Origin: Candidatus Kerfeldbacteria bacterium CG08_land_8_20_14_0_20_43_14
GTDB lineage: Bacteria > Patescibacteriota > Patescibacteriia > PEXW01
NCBI GenBank assembly: GCA_002774575.1
Contig: PEXW01000013.1
Location: 1-45,442 of the forward strand
Length of the DNA: 45,442 nt
Direction: 5' to 3'
Part shown: positions 27,576 through 35,318 of the stretch, piece by piece
Layout of the letters: every line of letters starts with the position of its first letter
Position numbering within the stretch: the first letter of the stretch is position 1
Notes under the pieces: generated by a model
Told to the model about the DNA's origin: nothing
Databases searched by the model: none
Seen by the model: only the letters and a program-made list of their open reading frames with translations
Translations under genes and position numbers: made by a program

Positions 27576-29216
27576 ATGCTTTTCGACCCAAAAGAAATAA
27601 ATGTTTTCGCTCAAACAAATTACCGGGGTTATTACCGGCGTTTTGGCATTAAAGTTGACGATCGCAGGAGGCACATGTACTTAATCGGAAAAACCGGCAT
27701 GGGCAAGTCCACGGTTATGGAAAGGATGATTGTCAATGATTTAAATGCGGGACATGGCTTGGCCCTGGTGGATCCGCATGGAGATTTGGTTGAGAAAATT
27801 TTGGATTACGTACCTTCGGAAAGGATTAATGATGTGGTTTATTTTAATCCGTCAGATGTCGAGTATCCCATAGGCTTTAATGTCCTGGAGGCTGTTGATG
27901 CCACCCAAAGGCATTTAGTCGCTTCGGGTTTAATGGGCGTGTTTACAAAAATTTGGGAAGGAGTTTGGAGCGCCAGAATGGAATATATTTTGAACAACAC
28001 AATTCTAGCCCTGCTGGAATATCCCGGGTCTACCATGCTTGGCATTGCCCGCATGCTGGTTGATTCCAGATTCCGAACGCGGGTTCTGACTAAAGTATCC
28101 GACCCGATTGTCAAGGGCTTTTGGGTGGATGAATTCGCCAACTACAATGACAAATTCAGGAATGAAGCGGTTGCGCCAATACAAAATAAAGTTGGTCAGT
28201 TTTTGTCTAGCGCCATCATTCGCAATATAGTCGGTCAGGCAAAAAGCACCATTGACCTGCGCCATATCATGGACAGCAAAAAAATACTGCTTTTAAATTT
28301 GGCCAAAGGCAGAATTGGCGAAGATAATTCGGCTTTGCTTGGAGCCATGATGATCACCAGGCTGCAATTAGCCGCCATGAGCCGGGTTGACATGCCTGAA
28401 ACCGAGCGGCCAGACTTTTTCTTGTATGTTGATGAGTTTCAGAATTTCGCCACGGAAAGTTTTGCCAATATCTTGTCCGAAGCCAGAAAATACCGATTGA
28501 ATTTAACCATCGCTCATCAATATATTGAACAACTAGATGAAACAGTTGCTCCGGCGGTTTTCGGCAATGTTGGAACTATTATGGCTTTCCGGGTTGGCGG
28601 GGCAGATGCGGAGTTTTTGGAAAAGGAATTTTTTCCGACCTTTACCCAGGTTGATTTAGTCAACCTGCCGAAATATGAAGTTTATTTGAAATTAATGATT
28701 GACGGCGTGGCTTCCCAGCCATTTAGCGCCGCCACCCTGCCGCCGGCAGAACTGTTACCAACTAATAATCGAGAAAAAGCCATTAAAGTTTCCAGAGAAA
28801 AATATGCTGAAAACCGTGCCGAGGTCGAAGAAAAAATTTTGCGATGGAGCGGAGTCGAAGATGTTTATCGAGCTTCGGCTGAAGAAGAAAATCAGGCAGT
28901 TGAAAAAGAGGAATCTATTTACCGGGCAGAAGGAAAAAGGAAAAGACCGCCAAAAAATATGTTCCAAAGCCCGGAAGTAACTGTGGAGCCGGTAATAAAT
29001 GTTCCGGAGGCCCCGGCTATAAGTCTGAATGAGCTAACCAAACAGACCCAGCCCCAGCCTTTTAGAGGAAACCGGCCATATCATCGCAATCAAAATTTTC
29101 GACCTAATCATCCGCCAGAACGGAGGCAAGAAAACTTCCCAGTTATCCAGCCACCGCAGCAAAAACCGCAGCCCAAAGATACTGAAATTCCTTTTGGTAA
29201 AACAGTCAGGTTTTAA
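27576..29216 (+). CDS. FtsK/HerA/VirD4 (type IV coupling protein)-class P-loop ATPase without a TM anchor
   Basis: Walker A LIGKTGMGKST, then LVDPHGDL, Walker B FFLYVDEFQNF and LTIAHQ. There is no N-terminal hydrophobic segment. The C-terminal ~80 aa are Pro/Gln/Arg/Asn-rich. Confidence 0.8.
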   Translation: MLFDPKEINVFAQTNYRGYYRRFGIKVDDRRRHMYLIGKTGMGKSTVMERMIVNDLNAGHGLALVDPHGDLVEKILDYVPSERINDVVYFNPSDVEYPIGFNVLEAVDATQRHLVASGLMGVFTKIWEGVWSARMEYILNNTILALLEYPGSTMLGIARMLVDSRFRTRVLTKVSDPIVKGFWVDEFANYNDKFRNEAVAPIQNKVGQFLSSAIIRNIVGQAKSTIDLRHIMDSKKILLLNLAKGRIGEDNSALLGAMMITRLQLAAMSRVDMPETERPDFFLYVDEFQNFATESFANILSEARKYRLNLTIAHQYIEQLDETVAPAVFGNVGTIMAFRVGGADAEFLEKEFFPTFTQVDLVNLPKYEVYLKLMIDGVASQPFSAATLPPAELLPTNNREKAIKVSREKYAENRAEVEEKILRWSGVEDVYRASAEEENQAVEKEESIYRAEGKRKRPPKNMFQSPEVTVEPVINVPEAPAISLNELTKQTQPQPFRGNRPYHRNQNFRPNHPPERRQENFPVIQPPQQKPQPKDTEIPFGKTVRF

Positions 29217-29236
29217 GGCAATTAAGGTATGGCTTG

Positions 29237-29340
29237 ACCCCGCACCACTTTTCATCAAAACACCACTCAAATGTATAGACATTTATTGCGAAAAATATCT
29301 TTAACTAATATCAAATTTTGTTTGGAAAGTGGTGCGGGGT
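29237..29340. repeat. 15-bp perfect inverted repeat, extendable to ~24 bp, enclosing an internal hairpin
   Basis: accccgcaccacttt (29237..29251) is the exact reverse complement of aaagtggtgcggggt (29326..29340). The pairing can extend inward (29252..29260 with 29316..29325, including a wobble pair and a small internal loop). An inner hairpin is aaatgt(29269..29274)/acattt(29279..29284). Confidence 0.7.
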
Positions 29341-29368
29341 TGATTTAATATTTTAAAATTGTTAAGGT
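29340..29368 (+). promoter_or_regulatory. candidate promoter of the glycosylation operon (alternative reading: AAGG as a weak RBS)
   Basis: TTGATT (29340..29345), a 17-nt spacer ending in TGt, then TAAGGT (29363..29368). The ATG lies at 29375, only 6 nt after the -10 element, implying a leaderless mRNA. The same AAGG could instead be a ribosome-binding site. Confidence 0.35.
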
Positions 29369-29374
29369 TCAGCT

Positions 29375-30325
29375 ATGAAGATAAACTCCATATCGTTTGT
29401 TGCACCTGCATTTAACGAAAGGCCAAGCTTGCTAGAATTAATCGCAGAGCTCCATCAAACCGGTGCGAAACTGGATATTCCTTATGAGATTATCATTGTT
29501 GATGATGGGTCAAACGATGGCAGTTTTGAATTTTTGAAAAACCAGGCTGGAGTAGATAAAAAATTGCACGTCATTAATCATAGAAAAAAACTGGGCAAAG
29601 CCACTGCTTTGTATTCAGCTTTTCAAAAAGCCAGGGGCGAAATAATCATAACGGTTGACGCGGATTTGCAGAATGATCCGGCGGAAATCCCCAAAATGCT
29701 GGCAAAACTAGATGAAGGCTATGATGTGGTGAGCGGCTGGAAATTTGACCGGCCAGATAACTTGGAAAAGCGGCTTCCATCCAAATTTTTCAACTTCGTA
29801 ACCAGAAAATTAAGCGGTTTGCAACTTCATGATTTTAACTCGGCAATTAAAGTTTACACTCAAGAATCCGCCCGATCGCTAAAATTGTACGGTGAACTGC
29901 ATCGCTATATCCCAGTCTTGTTAAGCAGCCAAGGATTCAAAATTACCGAAGTGCCGACTCATACCCGCCAACGAAAGTATGGCGAAACTAAATATAAGGG
30001 TAAAAGATATTTAAGGGGTCTGCTAGATTTATTAACGGTTTTATTTTTAACCAGGTATGATCGTCGGCCCTTGCACCTATTTGGCGGGCTGGGTTTATTT
30101 TTAGGCCTTGTCGGCACGATAGTTTTAATCTATCTGGCGATTTTGCATTTCGGATTTAATCAGTCAATTGGCACCAGGCCGTTATTGATGTTCGGAATTT
30201 TTGTGGCCTTGGTTGGTCTTCAGTTGACTTTTACCGGTCTATTGGCTGAACTTTTGGTCCGATCAGAAAACCATAATAATCTCCCCATACGCGCAGAATG
30301 GAATGGCGATGAACCTTTGGTTTAA
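29375..30325 (+). CDS. GT2 polyprenyl-phosphate sugar synthase (DPM1/GtrB-like) with two C-terminal TM helices
   Basis: Motifs IIVDDGSNDGS and DADLQNDP (DxD), plus C-terminal helices (LHLFGGLGLFLGLVGTIVLIYL, LLMFGIFVALVGLQLTFTGLL). Confidence 0.85.
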   Translation: MKINSISFVAPAFNERPSLLELIAELHQTGAKLDIPYEIIIVDDGSNDGSFEFLKNQAGVDKKLHVINHRKKLGKATALYSAFQKARGEIIITVDADLQNDPAEIPKMLAKLDEGYDVVSGWKFDRPDNLEKRLPSKFFNFVTRKLSGLQLHDFNSAIKVYTQESARSLKLYGELHRYIPVLLSSQGFKITEVPTHTRQRKYGETKYKGKRYLRGLLDLLTVLFLTRYDRRPLHLFGGLGLFLGLVGTIVLIYLAILHFGFNQSIGTRPLLMFGIFVALVGLQLTFTGLLAELLVRSENHNNLPIRAEWNGDEPLV

Positions 30326-32690
30326 ATATAAAAAACAAATCCGACCGATCGCAACAGCAATAATTGTAATTGTTGTTGTTCTATTTTTTGTAAAAGTCCT
30401 CAACAAAAATTGGCAGGATATTTCCGGCAAATTTACCCGCCCAAACATTCTTTGGCTGGCATTAGCGTTTTTTGGTTTTAGCTTTTATTATTTTATCAGG
30501 ATTTTTGCCTGGAAAAACTTAATGAAAGACTTTGGCCATAAACTGACTGTAAAGCAATCCGGCGAAATCATCATGCTCTCTGAATTCACCCGCTATGTGC
30601 CTGGCAATGTCTGGAGTGTCCTGGGTAGAATGGGCCAAAGCGAAAAATACGGGGTTTCCAAAGCCCAATCTTTTTACGCAACTGTCCTGGAGATCCTTTC
30701 GCTTTTATCAGCCGCAGTGGTTATGGGCGGAATTGCAAGTTTTTTCGCTCAAGGTTTGCCAGCTTGGTTTAAGTTCTTGATTTTACTGGGCGCTTTGGCC
30801 GCGGTCTTGATTTTTTGGTTTTCAAAATTATTAAAAAGGGTGGTTGACTGGCTGATCAAAAAATTCGGCTCCAATTCTGAAATTTTAACTTATTCAATAG
30901 CCCAAAATTACAAACTGTTAAGCCTGTTCATATTTGGCTGGTTTGCTTATGCTTTTGGCGGTTTATTTTTAAGTCTGGCTTTTATTAAATCAAATTTTGG
31001 GCAAATGGGGCTAGTCCTGGTGGCCATGCCAATTGGCTGGTTTTTGGGCTTTATTAGTTTTATCACGCCCAGCGGCATAGGTGTTAGAGAAGCCAGCATG
31101 GCCGCTATTTTAGAAGGTTCTTTGGGCGCAACCGGGGTTTTAATAGCTTCTTTAACTCGTCTGGGCGTTACTTTGGTAGAATTTTTTTGGGTTTTGGTCT
31201 TTGCTGGCAGGTACATTAAAAAAATTCTGACCTCCTGCTGGGATTTTATTCGCAAGCCAAAAGCCATTGTCATTATCTTTGCCATAATTTTTGCTGTTTA
31301 TTTTTCCGTCATTACTTGCTTAATGCATTACAAAGTCATTACCGGCCGCTTTGATTTGGGCAATATGGATCAGGTGGTTTGGAATACCAGCCAAGGCAGA
31401 TTTTTTGAATTTACCAATCCTTATGATAAAAATATCGCCTTAAGGTACATTCACCATGCTGATATAATTTTAGTCCTTTTTGCACCGTTGTATTGGTTAT
31501 TCTCAAGCCCTTATGTTTTGCTGGTAGCCCAGGCATGTATTGTGGCTTTTGGCGCTTGGCTGGTATATCGCCTGGCAAAAAAAGTCCTTGGTCATGAATG
31601 GTTATCCGCAATTTTGGCTTTAAGCTATTTACTTTACCCGACCCTGCAAAGAGCAGTGATGTTTGATTTTCATGCTTTAACTTTGGGTGCGACTTTTTCT
31701 GTGGGCATGGTTTTAGCCTATATTGAAAAACGCTGGAAAATTTTTGCCGTGTACGCGATTTTGCTGTACATGTGTAAAGAAGAATTGGTTTTAATGGTCG
31801 CGACTTTTGGTTTGATAATTTTATGGCAGGAACGGAAAGAGTGGCGCAAAGCAATGGTCATTATTTTACTTTCCGCAGCCTATTTTATGCTGAATTTTTT
31901 ATGGCTGATGCCCGCGGCCAGAAGTTGGCAGCCCAGTAAATATAATTATCAGTATGAAACTTTGGGCAATAAGCCAGAAGCCATTACCGCCAATTTAATT
32001 AAAAATCCAAAACTAGTTTTATCTATGGTGGCCGGGGCACAAGCCAGACACCTTTATGCTGGTTTATTAGGACCAGTGGCGTTTTTACCATTGGCAAGCC
32101 CTGCTTGGCTGGCTGTCGCCTGGCCGGATTTTGCAGTTAATTTATTTAATGATCGAATCGAACCAAGATTGCTTAATTACCACTACCAAGCGACTATTAC
32201 GGGTTTTGTTTTTATCTCAACCATATTCGGACTGGCCGCAATCCGCCGCAGGCTGGGGCCCTGGTGGCAAAGGAAAATTCAAAAGAACTCCAAATTTACT
32301 TTAGAAATGCTGCTAATTTTTATCCTCATTGCAACGGCCGCTATTGAATCATATCGTTTAAGCCCTTTGCCTTATTCACGAACCAAAGATATGCGGGTTT
32401 TTTGGCCAGCGCCAATGGCGTCGATAATCAAAGCGGCGGTAAAGCAAATTTCCCGAGACGCTAAAGTTTCAGCAACTAATACGGTCGGGGCGCAGTTGGC
32501 GCATCGCCAATATCTTTATCAATTTCCCCAAGGAGTAGGTGAATCGGATTATATTTTAATTCTAATGGCCAAAGAGGGGACATTGGAATGGCAGCGGAAC
32601 CACACCGTTGCCGCTGATGTAGCCAAAGACCCAAGATATAAGTTGATTGAACAGGTGAAAAATTTTTATTTCTACCAGAAAATTAAGTAA
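30303..32690 (+). CDS. fusion of an LPG-synthase-TM/flippase-like domain (N) and a DUF2079-type polytopic membrane domain (C)
   Basis: Residues 1-~315 are multi-TM and carry TPSGIGVREA, which is typical of the UPF0104/flippase-like family. Residues ~320-795 carry FDLGNMDQVVWNTSQGRFF, which is typical of DUF2079. The gene overlaps the GT2 gene by 23 nt; an alternative ATG is at 30309. Confidence 0.7.
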   Translation: MAMNLWFKYKKQIRPIATAIIVIVVVLFFVKVLNKNWQDISGKFTRPNILWLALAFFGFSFYYFIRIFAWKNLMKDFGHKLTVKQSGEIIMLSEFTRYVPGNVWSVLGRMGQSEKYGVSKAQSFYATVLEILSLLSAAVVMGGIASFFAQGLPAWFKFLILLGALAAVLIFWFSKLLKRVVDWLIKKFGSNSEILTYSIAQNYKLLSLFIFGWFAYAFGGLFLSLAFIKSNFGQMGLVLVAMPIGWFLGFISFITPSGIGVREASMAAILEGSLGATGVLIASLTRLGVTLVEFFWVLVFAGRYIKKILTSCWDFIRKPKAIVIIFAIIFAVYFSVITCLMHYKVITGRFDLGNMDQVVWNTSQGRFFEFTNPYDKNIALRYIHHADIILVLFAPLYWLFSSPYVLLVAQACIVAFGAWLVYRLAKKVLGHEWLSAILALSYLLYPTLQRAVMFDFHALTLGATFSVGMVLAYIEKRWKIFAVYAILLYMCKEELVLMVATFGLIILWQERKEWRKAMVIILLSAAYFMLNFLWLMPAARSWQPSKYNYQYETLGNKPEAITANLIKNPKLVLSMVAGAQARHLYAGLLGPVAFLPLASPAWLAVAWPDFAVNLFNDRIEPRLLNYHYQATITGFVFISTIFGLAAIRRRLGPWWQRKIQKNSKFTLEMLLIFILIATAAIESYRLSPLPYSRTKDMRVFWPAPMASIIKAAVKQISRDAKVSATNTVGAQLAHRQYLYQFPQGVGESDYILILMAKEGTLEWQRNHTVAADVAKDPRYKLIEQVKNFYFYQKIK

Positions 32691-32692
32691 TT

Positions 32693-33760
32693 ATGGCAAG
32701 AATAATCGTGGCTATGTCGGGTGGAGTAGACTCTTCAGTCGCGGCATTACTTTTAAAAAAAGCCGGGCATGAGCTTAAAGGAGTTTTTATGAAGAATTAT
32801 GAACTCCCGGGTGATTCCAATAAAAGCTGCCCATGGCAGGTAGATCAGACGGAAGTCAAAAAGGTTTGCGCCAGGCTTAAAATTCCTATGGAATCATGGA
32901 ATTTTGAAAAGCAGTATTCAAAAAGGGTGCTGGATTACTTTTTTTCTGAATACCAGGCTGGCCGAACTCCGAACCCTGATGTTATGTGCAACAAGGAAAT
33001 CAAATTTGGCTTGTTTTTGGAAAAGGCGGTAGCTCAAGGATATGATGTTATTGCTACCGGCCATTATGCCCGAGTAATTAAAAATAAAAATGGTTACCGT
33101 TTATTAGCCGGAAAAGACAAAAATAAGGACCAGAGTTATTTTTTGTATAACTTGAATCAATCCCAATTAGCAAAAATTTATTTTCCAATCGGAAATTTAA
33201 CTAAACCTGAAGTTAGACAAATCGCCAAAAAAGCCAGACTTCCCAATGCCCAAAAACCTGACAGCCAGGGAATTTGCTTTGTCGGCAAAGTGGACTTAAA
33301 AAGCTTTCTACAAAGCAAAATTAAATCTAAACCTGGTAAAATTGTATCTTCAGGTGGCAAAACAATCGGCCAACATAAAGGTTTGGCTTTTTATACAATT
33401 GGTCAAAGGCATGGAATCAACATCGGCGGGGGCAGGCCCTTTTATGTGTCTGCAAAGGTCAAAAGGGGAAATATTTTAATTGTCACGGATAATAAAAAAG
33501 ACCCAGCTCTTTTAAGAAGACGACTGCTTGCCCTTAAACTAAATTGGGTATCAGGCAAAGCTTTGACTAAAGCACTCGTTTGCCAGGCTAGGATTCGGTA
33601 TAGACAGTATTTAGCAGCCTGTAGGCTAAAACCCTTAAACCGCAAACGAGTTGAGGTAATTTTTAATAAGCCAGTTTGGGCGCCCGCACTTGGTCAATCA
33701 ATCGTGTTTTACCAAAAACAAGAATGTCTGGGAGGAGGCATTATTGAAAAAGTTTGGTAG
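32693..33760 (+). CDS. mnmA: tRNA 2-thiouridine(34) synthase MnmA
   Basis: PP-loop AMSGGVDSSVAA, plus NPDVMCN and GICFVG. Confidence 0.92.
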   Translation: MARIIVAMSGGVDSSVAALLLKKAGHELKGVFMKNYELPGDSNKSCPWQVDQTEVKKVCARLKIPMESWNFEKQYSKRVLDYFFSEYQAGRTPNPDVMCNKEIKFGLFLEKAVAQGYDVIATGHYARVIKNKNGYRLLAGKDKNKDQSYFLYNLNQSQLAKIYFPIGNLTKPEVRQIAKKARLPNAQKPDSQGICFVGKVDLKSFLQSKIKSKPGKIVSSGGKTIGQHKGLAFYTIGQRHGINIGGGRPFYVSAKVKRGNILIVTDNKKDPALLRRRLLALKLNWVSGKALTKALVCQARIRYRQYLAACRLKPLNRKRVEVIFNKPVWAPALGQSIVFYQKQECLGGGIIEKVW

Positions 33761-33762
33761 TT

Positions 33763-34581
33763 TTATGGCTTAAATGAAGATTGCCCCCTTAGCTTTTTCC
33801 AGGCAAAGACAATAATTACAATCAGCAGCACCACACCGCCGATTATCAGAATAAGGCCGGTTCTGCCGTCGCTTGCATTTGTTTTAGTAGATTCTGTATC
33901 AGAATTTGCATTCAGGTTTGTCAGTCCAAGATCATCAGTATTAGTTAAATCTTCATTGGTGTTAGCATTCAGGTTTGAATTAACGCTGGCAGAATCATCC
34001 AGGCTGACATTCAGGTTTTTATTAGTATTAGTGTTTGAATTTTTATTCGAATTAGCATTCTTATTGGTATTAGCGTTAGTGTTTTTATTAGCATTTAGAT
34101 TTGAATTTGCGTTTTTATTGGTATTGGTATTGATGTTGGTTTTTTTATTCGTGTTTAAATTTGTTGATGAATTGATATTTGAATTTGAAGAAGTATTGGT
34201 GTTAGTGGTAGCCGCCAAGGTAGTAAAGGTTGTATCTGTACTAACAGCCTCGTTTCCGGCCGCGTCCTTGGACCGGATTCTAAAATGATATGGAGTTTCA
34301 GCAATGAGCCCTAAAAGCGTAACTTCATGGCTTAAAGTGTATGCACCATCACCCAAGGTATTGCCGTAGACATCATTTAGGCCAAAATCAACATAACTAG
34401 TGGAAATTTCATTGGTTACCCAGGAGATTTTAGCAGTGTTTTTGGCTATTCGGCTGATAGAAACGCTGGAAATCACCGGCTTAGTCGCGTCAGCCGGGCT
34501 ATTAACCGAACCATTAACCTGTGCCTGGACTGGCAAACTTGCCAAAAACCATAAAACAATAATAATTAATAATTTTTTCAT
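33763..34581 (-). CDS. surface protein: signal peptide, FN3-like domain, Asn/Thr-rich low-complexity stalk, C-terminal TM anchor
   Basis: Signal peptide (LLIIIVLWFLASLPVQA). The FN3-like part has AKISWVTNEISTSYVDFG...YHFRIRSKDAAGNE. About 100 aa of N/T/K/S repeats follow, then the C-terminal helix LILIIGGVVLLIVIIVFAW and KKLRG. Confidence 0.65.
   Translation of the reverse strand: MKKLLIIIVLWFLASLPVQAQVNGSVNSPADATKPVISSVSISRIAKNTAKISWVTNEISTSYVDFGLNDVYGNTLGDGAYTLSHEVTLLGLIAETPYHFRIRSKDAAGNEAVSTDTTFTTLAATTNTNTSSNSNINSSTNLNTNKKTNINTNTNKNANSNLNANKNTNANTNKNANSNKNSNTNTNKNLNVSLDDSASVNSNLNANTNEDLTNTDDLGLTNLNANSDTESTKTNASDGRTGLILIIGGVVLLIVIIVFAWKKLRGQSSFKP
33898..34209 (-). repeat. degenerate short tandem repeats encoding the Asn-rich stalk
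   Basis: The plus strand is made of imperfect att/agt/gtt-rich 6-12 nt units (ttagtatt, ttggtatt, ttagcatt). These translate on the minus strand as NTNKNANSN-type repeats. Confidence 0.7.
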
Positions 34582-34727
34582 ATTTTTTACTCCTTGTGGT
34601 TTTTATTATATAGTACATAAGGATTTTGTTCAATCGAAGCCAGAGCAGGTTGGAGAGGACGAGAAAAAGGCATTGGAATGAAAACTTAATTAAAACTTTT
34701 TTACTTACTAATAAAAATTGATCGTCT

Positions 34728-35318
34728 ATGAAGCACAAAAACATAATTATTACCTTAATTGCGGCTTTGGCTATCCTGATAGCCTGCGCTGGCATAATCT
34801 GGTCTGGCACCAGAAATTCAAAAACCATTAATAACACTAATTCTATGACTTACAGATTCCCTGGCATATTAAGCAATGATAAAATTGCCGACAAAAAAGC
34901 GGTTCTTACCACAAGCAAAGGTGTAATTGAATTTTCACTGGATTATAAAAACGCGCCCAAGACTGTCAGCAATTTTGTTTATTTAAGCGAAGCAGGTTTT
35001 TACGATAATTTGACCTTTCATCGGGTTGAACCAGGCTTTGTCATCCAAGGCGGCGATCCAAAAGGCAATGGCTCTGGCGGTTCCGGTTACAGCTTTGAAG
35101 ACGAGCCAGTGGTAGGTGAATATACCGAAGGCGCTGTTGCTATGGCTAATTCCGGTCCAAACACCAATGGTTCGCAGTTTTTCATCACCTTAGCCGACCA
35201 AAGCAAAAACCTGACTAAAAGCTATAACCTGTTTGGTAAGGTAACCAAAGGCATGGATGTGGTTAAAAACATCCAGGTTGGAGATGAAATCCAGAGCATT
35301 AAAATTCAGCCTCAATAA
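34728..35318 (+). CDS. cyclophilin-type peptidyl-prolyl isomerase with an N-terminal membrane anchor or signal
   Basis: Motifs FHRVEPGFVIQGGDP and MANSGPNTNGSQFFI. The N-terminal hydrophobic segment is IIITLIAALAILIACAGII. Confidence 0.9.
   Translation: MKHKNIIITLIAALAILIACAGIIWSGTRNSKTINNTNSMTYRFPGILSNDKIADKKAVLTTSKGVIEFSLDYKNAPKTVSNFVYLSEAGFYDNLTFHRVEPGFVIQGGDPKGNGSGGSGYSFEDEPVVGEYTEGAVAMANSGPNTNGSQFFITLADQSKNLTKSYNLFGKVTKGMDVVKNIQVGDEIQSIKIQPQ

Noticed and set aside
29034-29282. 82-aa minus-strand ORF spanning the ATPase 3-prime end and the left arm of the inverted repeat
   Set aside because: It is antisense to the Pro/Gln-rich tail of a well-supported gene and runs into the structured intergenic element, so it is most likely spurious.
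29237-29340. Inverted repeat interpreted as a MITE
   Set aside because: I could not confirm this. I see no target-site duplication flanking the arms and no second copy of the arm sequence in this window. It stays open as one option in the finding, but I do not call it a mobile element.
33898-34209. Repeat region considered as a CRISPR array or non-coding satellite
   Set aside because: The units are 6-12 nt and degenerate, with no spacer structure, and they lie fully inside an open reading frame with a signal peptide and a TM anchor.
33956-34288. 110-aa plus-strand ORF (LVLVFEFLFELAFLL...)
   Set aside because: It is the antisense reading of the Asn-rich repeat in the FN3 surface-protein gene. 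It is low-complexity and has no independent support.
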